In this document: in pieces, positions 17,511-24,266 of the stretch
Position numbering within the stretch: position 1 is the first letter of the stretch
How the letters are laid out: every line of letters begins with the position of its first letter
Assembly (NCBI GenBank): GCA_963741665.1
Contig: CAVUIM010000004.1
Span: forward strand, 1,033,017-1,097,016
Reading direction: 5' to 3'
Source of the DNA: an uncultured Acidobacteriota bacterium
GTDB taxonomy: Bacteria; Acidobacteriota; Vicinamibacteria; Vicinamibacterales; UBA2999
Length of the DNA stretch: 64,000 nucleotides
The notes under the pieces: model-generated
Seen by the model: only the letters and a program-made list of their open reading frames with translations
What the model was told of the DNA's origin: nothing
Database searches by the model: none
Position numbers and translations under genes: made by a program

Positions 17511-18479
17511 ATGAATTACCGCACCTTCGGACGCAGTGGCTGGCCGGTCAGCGAGATCGGCTACGGCATGTGGGGCATGGGCGGGTGGACCGGCTCGGAT
17601 GACGCGGAGTCGCTTCGTTCGCTCCACCGGGCCGTCGAGCTCGGCTGCACGTTCTTCGACACCGCCTGGGCCTACGGACAAGGCCACAGCGAACGGCTGC
17701 TCGGCGAACTGGTGCGCGCGCATCCCGGCCGCGGCCTGGTCGTTGCCTCGAAGGTGCCGCCGAAGAACATGAAGTGGCCGGGCAAGGCGGAGTACGCCGC
17801 CGGCGACACCTATCCGGCCGATCACGTCCGGCAGCTCACCGAAGCCAGCCTCGGGCACCTCGGCCTGGAACGCCTCGACCTGATGCAGCTGCACGTGTGG
17901 GACGACACCTGGGCCGCCGACGAGGGCTGGCAACGCGCAGCCGAGGGGTTGAAGCGCGACGGCCTCATCCGCGCCTTCGGGATCAGCATCAATCGCTGGC
18001 AGCCCGAGAACGTGCTGAAGGCGCTCGCCACCGGCCTGGTCGACTCGGTGCAGGTGGTCTACAACGTCTTCGACCAGGCGCCGGAGGACGTGCTCTTCCC
18101 GGCCTGCCGCGCCGCCGGCGTCGCCGTGATCGCCCGCGTGCCGTTCGACGAGGGCACGCTCACCGGCACCCTCACCCGCGACAGCCGCTGGCCCGAGGGC
18201 GACTGGCGCAACGTCTACTTCTCGCCCGAGAACCTCGCCGCCAGCGTCGCCCGGGCCGAGGCGCTGGCGCCGCTGGTGCCGGCCGGTTCGACCCTGCCCG
18301 ACATGGCGCTGCGCTTCATCCTGTCGTGTCCCGACGTCGCCACGGTGATTCCCGGCATGCGCCGGATCCGGCACGTCGAGGCCAACCTGGAGGCCAGCAG
18401 TCGCGGCCCGCTGCCGCCGGCGCTGGCCGCGGCGCTGCGCGGCCACCGCTGGAACCGCGTCGTGCAGCACGCGCCCTAG
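17511..18479 (+). CDS. aldo/keto reductase
   Basis: MNYRTFGRSGWPVSEIGYGMWGMGGW..., FFDTAWAYGQGHSE, and GISINRW with a C-terminal IPGMRRIRHVEAN. Full-length 322 aa. Confidence 0.9.
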   Translation: MNYRTFGRSGWPVSEIGYGMWGMGGWTGSDDAESLRSLHRAVELGCTFFDTAWAYGQGHSERLLGELVRAHPGRGLVVASKVPPKNMKWPGKAEYAAGDTYPADHVRQLTEASLGHLGLERLDLMQLHVWDDTWAADEGWQRAAEGLKRDGLIRAFGISINRWQPENVLKALATGLVDSVQVVYNVFDQAPEDVLFPACRAAGVAVIARVPFDEGTLTGTLTRDSRWPEGDWRNVYFSPENLAASVARAEALAPLVPAGSTLPDMALRFILSCPDVATVIPGMRRIRHVEANLEASSRGPLPPALAAALRGHRWNRVVQHAP

Positions 18480-18544
18480 ACGCCTTGCGGGCCAAAATGC
18501 CGTGCGAATGAGTCCAGTGTCTCCCCGCCTCTCAAGGCGTCTAC

Positions 18545-18628
18545 GCCCACGCGGAGCGTGGGCCAGACAACACTGCGCTAGCGAGGCGGAGCCGCAGGCT
18601 CATCGGTCTGAGGCGGAGCCTCGCTAGC
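18545..18628 (+). repeat. structured intergenic repeat, copy 2; ends 1 nt before the ATG of the next gene
   Basis: GCCCACGC-GGA-GCGTGGGC followed by CAGACAACACTGCGCTAGCGAGGCGGAGCC. GCTAGCGAGGC (18578..18588) pairs perfectly with GCCTCGCTAGC (18618..18628). Confidence 0.6.
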
Positions 18629-18629
18629 C

Positions 18630-19268
18630 ATGCGGCTGGCCTTCGACACCTTCGTCCTCGATCTCGACCAGCGGCGGCTGTTCAACGGCGCCGTCGAGGT
18701 GCATCTGCAGCCGAAGGCCTTCGAGCTGCTGCGGGTGCTGGTCGAAGCCCGGCCGAAGGCCCTCAGCAAGCAGGAGATCCTCGACGCGGTCTGGCCCGGC
18801 ATCTTCGTCAGCGAGAACAACCTGGCGACGGTGGTCCGCGACCTGCGCACCGCCCTGGGCGACGACGCCCAGACGCCGCACTACGTCCGCACCGCCTATG
18901 GCTACGGCTACGCGTTCGCCGCCGACGCGACCACCGTCACGCGGATCGCCGCGCCGCTGCCCTCGGTCTGGCGTCTCATCCACAACCATCGCGAGATCGT
19001 CCTGCTCGAGGGCCGCACGGTGCTCGGCCGGGCCGGGCCCGATGTCGTGGTCGTCGATGCCCCCACCGTGTCGCGCCACCACGCGGCGATCGAGGTCCGC
19101 GGCGACGAGGCGACCCTCGAGGACCTGGGCAGCAAGAACGGCACGCGGGTGAACGGCGCGGAGGTGGCGACGCCGGTGCCGCTCGCCGACGGCGTCGAAG
19201 TGCGTCTCGGATCGGTGGTCATGGTGGTGCGGTGCCGGCGCGACGCCGCCACGACCGACACGGTGTGA
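18630..19268 (+). CDS. transcriptional regulator: OmpR/CadC-type winged-helix DNA-binding domain fused to an FHA domain
   Basis: The N-terminus FDTFVLDLDQRRLFNGAVEVHLQPKAFELLRVLVEARPKALSKQEILDAVW...YVRTAYGYGYAF matches Trans_reg_C. The C-terminus GRTVLGRAGPDVVVVDAPTVSRHHAAIEVRGDEATLEDLGSKNGTRVNG matches FHA. Confidence 0.8.
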   Translation: MRLAFDTFVLDLDQRRLFNGAVEVHLQPKAFELLRVLVEARPKALSKQEILDAVWPGIFVSENNLATVVRDLRTALGDDAQTPHYVRTAYGYGYAFAADATTVTRIAAPLPSVWRLIHNHREIVLLEGRTVLGRAGPDVVVVDAPTVSRHHAAIEVRGDEATLEDLGSKNGTRVNGAEVATPVPLADGVEVRLGSVVMVVRCRRDAATTDTV

Positions 19269-19290
19269 CAGAACCCGGCGCGGCGCGGAT

Positions 19291-19456
19291 CTAGAACCCA
19301 TCTCGTAAACCCCGGCGTAGCACCGAGGGTGGGGCGGCGCCTGGATCGCAAGGCGCGACGACCGAGGATATGGCGGATATCCGAGGGAGGAGCAACGCGG
19401 CGAGGCGGGATGCCGCGCCAGCCGAATGCCGGCGGGGTTTATGAGACGGGTTCTAG
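19291..19456. repeat. 166 bp element bounded by ~27 bp terminal inverted repeats (MITE-like or long bidirectional terminator)
   Basis: Left arm CTAGAACCCATCTCGTAAACCCCGGCG. The right arm CCGGCGGGGTTTATGAGACGGGTTCTAG is its reverse complement with 2 mismatches. It fills the gap between convergent stops (19268 and 19453). Confidence 0.55.
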
Positions 19457-20781
19457 TGGCCGGCCTCGGCCACTGCCGGCTCCTGCGGCGTCAGGCGGTT
19501 CACCAGCACCTTGTCGATCCGCCGGCCGTCCATGTCGATCACCTCGAAGCGCATGCCGCCCCACTCGAAGGCGTCGGCGGTACGCGGGATGCGGCCGAGA
19601 CGCGCCATCACGAAGCCGCCGAGGGTGTGGTAGGTCCCCGACTCGCCTTCCGGCAGCTCGTCGAGGCCGAGGTCGTTCAGCACGTCGGTGATGGGGGTGG
19701 CGCCGTCGACCAGCCAGCTGCCGTCGGCCCGCACCACGATGGCCCGCTCGCCGGCGGCGTCGGTGGGCAGACTGCCGACGAAGGCTTCGAGCAGGTCGGT
19801 CACCGTCACCAGCCCTTCGACGGCGCCGAACTCGTCGAGCACGATCGCCATGTGCCGATGCGACGCCTTGAGCGCCTCGAGCAGCTTGAAGATGCCCATC
19901 GAATCGGGCACGAACAGCGGCTCCTTGATCAGCGACTTCAGCGTGATCGGCGCGTCTTTCATCGCCATCGAGAGCAGATCGGCGGCGCGAACGGTGCCGA
20001 GCACGTTGTCGAGCGACTCCTGGCACACGACGAACTGGCCGTGGCTGTGGCCGCCGAGGAACTCCCGCAATTGATCGTCGGTGGCGCTCACGTCCACCCA
20101 CTCGATGTCGAGCCGCGGGGTCATGATGGCGCCGACGCGCTGATCGCCGACCCGGAACACCCGCTGCACGAGGCTCTCTTCGTCTTCTTCGAGCGCGCCG
20201 CTCTCGGCGCCCTGGCTGATGACGGCGCGAATCTCGTCTTCGGTGAGGTGCGGATCGACCTGACCCTTGATCCCGAAGACGCGCAGCACCAGGTTGGTGG
20301 ATCCGGTGAGCAGCGCGACCAGCGGGGCGCCGATCCGCGCCAGGCCCATCATCGGGATCGCGACCCACGACGCGATCGTCTCGGGGTGATTCAGGCCGAT
20401 GCGCTTGGGCACCAGCTCGCCGATGATGAGCGACAGATATGTGATCACCGCCACGACCAGGCCGAGCGCGAGGCCTTCGGCGTAGGGCGCCACCAGCGGC
20501 ACCTGTTCGAATCGGACCTGCAGCACTTCGGCGATGGTCGCGCCGCCGTAGGCCCCGGCCAGCACCCCGACGAGCGAGATGCCGATCTGGACGGTGGAGA
20601 GGAACGTGGTCGGCGAAATGGCCAGGGCCAGGGCCGCCCTGGCCATCCGGTCGCCGTCGTCAGCGCGCTGCTGGAGCCGCACCTTGCGCGCGGCGACGAT
20701 CGCGATCTCCGACATCGCGAAGACGCCGTTGGCCAGCAGCAGCACCAGCACGACGACGATTTCGGTCCCGACCCCACCCAT
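19453..20781 (-). CDS. CNNM/hemolysin-family transporter (DUF21 membrane domain, CBS pair, CorC_HlyC domain)
   Basis: C-terminal 442 aa of ORF 19453..22887, starting MGGVGTEIVVVLVLLLANGVFAMSEIA. GELVPKRIG motif, CBS region, and C-terminal TLGGFVMARLGRIPRTADAFEWGGMRFEVIDMDGRRIDKV. Confidence 0.9.
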   Translation of the reverse strand: MGGVGTEIVVVLVLLLANGVFAMSEIAIVAARKVRLQQRADDGDRMARAALALAISPTTFLSTVQIGISLVGVLAGAYGGATIAEVLQVRFEQVPLVAPYAEGLALGLVVAVITYLSLIIGELVPKRIGLNHPETIASWVAIPMMGLARIGAPLVALLTGSTNLVLRVFGIKGQVDPHLTEDEIRAVISQGAESGALEEDEESLVQRVFRVGDQRVGAIMTPRLDIEWVDVSATDDQLREFLGGHSHGQFVVCQESLDNVLGTVRAADLLSMAMKDAPITLKSLIKEPLFVPDSMGIFKLLEALKASHRHMAIVLDEFGAVEGLVTVTDLLEAFVGSLPTDAAGERAIVVRADGSWLVDGATPITDVLNDLGLDELPEGESGTYHTLGGFVMARLGRIPRTADAFEWGGMRFEVIDMDGRRIDKVLVNRLTPQEPAVAEAGH

Positions 20782-20934
20782 CGGCGGGATTGTACTCGGC
20801 CGGCTCGTCGGCCACGGCCCGCCCTGGGCCGTGGCCAGGTCCTTCGCCCAGGTCGTATCCCCTCTATCGACAGTGGGTTGCGGGGGGTCTTGGCGACCAT
20901 CGGCAGGCCCCGGCCGGAGGATATACTCGCCGCC

Positions 20935-22950
20935 ATGACTCGACGACTCGCACTCGTCCTGCTGGTGGTCGCGGGCTGGGCCTGGCCGGCGGTCGCCCAA
21001 TCGGCCCGCGGCCTGACACCGAAGGACCTGTTCGCCCTCCAGTCGGTCGGCGACGTCCAAGTGTCGCCCGACGGCACCCGCGTCGCCTATTCGGTCGTGC
21101 ACAGCGACGCCCCGGGACGTCCCTACGCCGTCGTGACGATCCTCAACCTCGAGACCGGCCGCGGGGCGACCCTGCCGCGCGGCTCCTCGGGCCCGCGCTG
21201 GGCGCCCGACGGCCGGCGCCTGGCGTTCATGGGACAGAGCGCCGAGGGCGCCGGACTGATGGTGTCGGAGGCCGACGGCAGCGGCGCCCGATTCCTGGCC
21301 CCGGTCGAGGGCACCAACCATCCGCTGCCGTCGGCCGGCGAATCGGTGTCGTGGGCCCCTGATGGCCGCCGCATCGCCTACGTGTCGGCGACGCCCGGCC
21401 CCGAAAACGCCGACGCCAACGGCGATCCGATGGTCATCACGCGCTATCTGTACAAACCGACCGCCGGTGAAGGGTCGACGCGTTTCAACGACAACCGCCG
21501 CACGCACGTGTTCACCGTCGACGTCGGCACCCGGCAGATCACGCAGCTCACCGCCGGCACGGCCTACGAACACTCCATCGACTGGGCGCCGACCGGCGAC
21601 GACATCGTGTTCGTGTCCAACCGCGAAGCCGATCCCGACCGCACCTTCAACTACGACGTGTTCACGGTGTCGGCGCGCACCCGGCAAGTGCGGCGACTCA
21701 CCAGCAGCAAGAGCGCCGAGTACTCGCCAGTCTGGTCGCCCGACGGCACCCGGCTGGCGTTCGCCGGCACCAAGCGCGACCTGACTTCGTCGGAGACGAC
21801 GATGGAAGACACCCACGCGTGGGTGATGAACGCCGATGGCACCGGCCGGATCGAAATCGGCGCCGGCGCCGACCACCGCCAGGGCGAGCCGCGCTGGTCG
21901 GCCGATGGCCGCCACGTCTACGTCACGCTCCAGGATCGCGGCGAGGTGCGGCTGGCCCGGCTGCCGGCTGGCGGCGGCCCGCTGGAACTGGTGGTGAAGG
22001 AGCGCGGCAGCGTCGGCGCCTGGGGGCTGGGCCGAAGCGCGGTGGCCTACGCGTTCGCGCGCCCCGACCGCCCGGCCGACCTCTACACGCTGGCCCTCGG
22101 TCCGACGACCGTGCCCGAGCAGCGGACCACGCTGAACACCGCGCTGCTCGGCGAGCGCGAGGTGGCCGCAGTGGAGGCGTTTCGCTTCCCCAGCACCGAC
22201 GGCACCGCGATCGAAGCGTTCCTGACCCTGCCGCTCGGACGGTCGGCGGCGTCGCGGCATCCGCTGGTGGTCATGATCCACGGCGGCCCGCACGGCCAGC
22301 AAGGGCCGGCGTTCGCAGCCAAGGCCCAGGTCTATGCCGCCCAGGGCTGGGCGGCGCTGATGGTCAACTATCGCGGCTCCACCGGCTACGGTCAGGCGCT
22401 CGCCGACAAGATTTTCGGCGACCAGAACGGCGGCGAGGCCGCTGACGTGCTGGCCGGCGTCGACGCGGCGATCGCGCGCTATCCGTGGATCGACCCGGCC
22501 CGTCTGGGCATCGAAGGCACCAGCTACGGCGGCCAGCTGACCAACTGGATCATCACGCAGACCGACCGCTTCAAGGCGGCGATTCCCAACGCCGGCATCA
22601 GCAACCTGGTGAGCTTCAACTACATGGCCTACTACCACGACTACCTGGCCGTGGAGTTCGGCTCGTATCCGCACCAGAACGGCTTGATGGAGACGCTGTG
22701 GGAGCGCTCGCCGATTCGACTGATCCACAAGGTCACGACGCCGACGCTCATCACCCACGGCGAGAACGACAACGACGTGCCGATCGCCGAAGCCGAGCAG
22801 CTCTACATCGCGCTGCACGACGTCGGTGTGCCGACCGTGCTGGTGCGCTACCCGCGCGAGGGCCACGGCCTGCGCGAGATCGCACACGTCGTCGATCAGC
22901 TCGAACGCAGCCTCGCCTGGTACCGGAAGTACTTCGAGGCCGAGCGATAG
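20935..22950 (+). CDS. S9 family serine peptidase (prolyl oligopeptidase/acylaminoacyl-peptidase-like) with N-terminal TolB-like beta-propeller; secreted
   Basis: In-frame ATG at 20935 within ORF 19426..22950. Signal peptide MTRRLALVLLVVAGWAWPAVAQ. Repeated SPDG/APDG propeller motifs. Catalytic GTSYGG, GENDNDV and REGHGL. Confidence 0.9.
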   Translation: MTRRLALVLLVVAGWAWPAVAQSARGLTPKDLFALQSVGDVQVSPDGTRVAYSVVHSDAPGRPYAVVTILNLETGRGATLPRGSSGPRWAPDGRRLAFMGQSAEGAGLMVSEADGSGARFLAPVEGTNHPLPSAGESVSWAPDGRRIAYVSATPGPENADANGDPMVITRYLYKPTAGEGSTRFNDNRRTHVFTVDVGTRQITQLTAGTAYEHSIDWAPTGDDIVFVSNREADPDRTFNYDVFTVSARTRQVRRLTSSKSAEYSPVWSPDGTRLAFAGTKRDLTSSETTMEDTHAWVMNADGTGRIEIGAGADHRQGEPRWSADGRHVYVTLQDRGEVRLARLPAGGGPLELVVKERGSVGAWGLGRSAVAYAFARPDRPADLYTLALGPTTVPEQRTTLNTALLGEREVAAVEAFRFPSTDGTAIEAFLTLPLGRSAASRHPLVVMIHGGPHGQQGPAFAAKAQVYAAQGWAALMVNYRGSTGYGQALADKIFGDQNGGEAADVLAGVDAAIARYPWIDPARLGIEGTSYGGQLTNWIITQTDRFKAAIPNAGISNLVSFNYMAYYHDYLAVEFGSYPHQNGLMETLWERSPIRLIHKVTTPTLITHGENDNDVPIAEAEQLYIALHDVGVPTVLVRYPREGHGLREIAHVVDQLERSLAWYRKYFEAER

Positions 22951-23022
22951 CGAGGCCTCGCCCGCCGTAGCTCGTAAGGATCGAGCGAGCGAAGGTGGGC
23001 CTCAGAGACGTAAAGTAGCCAG

Positions 23023-23868
23023 GTGCTCCCCAAACGCCAGGCCGAGGGCTCGGTCATCTGCTCGTCGTGCGGTGTGCTGGTCGGCGTGAACGACGCGACC
23101 TGCTACAACTGCAACCGCCGCAACCCCGGGCTCTGGGGCTATGCGCCGTGGTTCCGCAAGCTCGGGCAGGACCTCGGGTTCGTGCCGCTGGTGATGGGCG
23201 GCACGATCACGCTGTACGTCGTGTCCCTGCTGTTGTCGGGCGCCAACCTGCAGACGATGCTGGCGCCAAGCACGCAGGTGCTGTTCCTCTTCGGCAGCAG
23301 CGGCGCGGTGCCGGTCTTCGGCTACGGCCGCTGGTGGACGGTGCTCACCGCCGGCTGGCTGCACGCCGGGGTGCTCCACATCCTGTTCAACGTGCTGTGG
23401 ATCCGCCAGCTGGCGCCGGCGGTGGCCGACCTCTATGGCCCCGGGCGAATGGTGATCCTCTACACGCTGGCCGGCGTGGTCGGCTTCACCTTCACGTCGG
23501 TCGCCGGCCGCTACATCGGCGGGTTGCCGCTGATCGGCGGGGCCGGGTTCTCGGTCGGCGCCAGCGCGCCGATCTTCGGGTTGCTCGGTGCGCTGGTCTA
23601 CTACGGCCGCCGTACCGGGTCACGCCACATCGGCGAGGCCGGCCTGCAGTACGCCCTCTTCATGGGGTTGTTCGGCCTCATCATGCCGGGCATCGACAAC
23701 CAGGCGCATCTGGGCGGCTTCGTCGGCGGGTATCTCGGCGGCCTGCTCCTCGACCCGGTCAAGCCGGAGCGGATCAACCACCTGGTGGCCGCCGCCGCGT
23801 GCCTGGCGGTGACCCTGGCCGCCATCGTGTGGTCGATCGTCACGGCGCTGCCGATGCTGATGAGCTAG
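23023..23868 (+). CDS. rhomboid-family intramembrane serine protease with N-terminal zinc-ribbon
   Basis: CSSCGVLVGVNDATCYNC, then TM core with WLHAGVLHILFN, GASAPIFGLLGA (catalytic Ser) and AHLGGFVGG (catalytic His). GTG start. Confidence 0.85.
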   Translation: MLPKRQAEGSVICSSCGVLVGVNDATCYNCNRRNPGLWGYAPWFRKLGQDLGFVPLVMGGTITLYVVSLLLSGANLQTMLAPSTQVLFLFGSSGAVPVFGYGRWWTVLTAGWLHAGVLHILFNVLWIRQLAPAVADLYGPGRMVILYTLAGVVGFTFTSVAGRYIGGLPLIGGAGFSVGASAPIFGLLGALVYYGRRTGSRHIGEAGLQYALFMGLFGLIMPGIDNQAHLGGFVGGYLGGLLLDPVKPERINHLVAAAACLAVTLAAIVWSIVTALPMLMS

Positions 23869-24099
23869 CTCTGCGTCCGGATTCTTGAATTCGCGCCGCC
23901 CAAAAACCCGAAGGGCCTGAGGGCTGGTCCCTCCGCAAGTCCCTCACGCTTCAGGCGTCTGCAGTGGGCCAGTCGCCCAATCTGTCTCCGTACGTCTCGA
24001 TTCCGGACGATCGGCACGCCAGATCGGCGTAACCGAGCGCTGCGGCGGTCATTCGTACCGGCAACGGCCCGTTCGTCCCGCTCGCCGCGGCGCCGGTCG

Positions 24100-24204
24100 C
24101 CAGGCCTGGGACGGCCCATGCCGCGGTGTGAAATCGGGCATCGCCCTTGCTGTAGATCCGCCCTGAGACGGCGCCGGGCCATTTCCCGGAGCCGCCTTCT
24201 TTTT
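24100..24204 (+). promoter_or_regulatory. candidate riboswitch leader (cobalamin-like core and B12-box-like segment) with attenuator
   Basis: GGGAC..GCGGTGTGAAATCGGGCATCGCCCTTGCTGTAGATCC resembles the cobalamin-riboswitch core GGTG.GAA.TCC...CCCGC.ACTGTA. GCCCTGAGACGGCGCCGG resembles the B12 box (E. coli btuB GCCCGAAGACCTGCCGG) and overlaps the terminator left arm. Hand comparison only. Confidence 0.3.
24169..24204 (+). terminator. intrinsic terminator/attenuator in the 5' leader of the TonB-dependent receptor gene
   Basis: Stem CGGCGCCGGG / CCCGGAGCCG (9 bp plus 1 mismatch), loop CCATTT, then CCTTCTTTTT. A T-tract is rare in this GC-rich sequence. It ends 62 nt before the ATG at 24267. Confidence 0.55.
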
Positions 24205-24266
24205 GACGTCGCGGCGCCACGTCGGGCCGGGGCGATTGCACGACAACCCCACAGGAGGTTATTTCC

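Noticed and set aside
19426-20934. Long 5' extension of the S9 peptidase ORF (1174 aa ORF) and the mirror 1144 aa ORF 19453..22887 on the minus strand
   Set aside because: These are high-GC shadow reading frames. The recognisable domains begin at 20935 (+) and end at 20781 (-) respectively. The extensions are Arg/Ala/Gly-rich, low-complexity and antisense to real genes.
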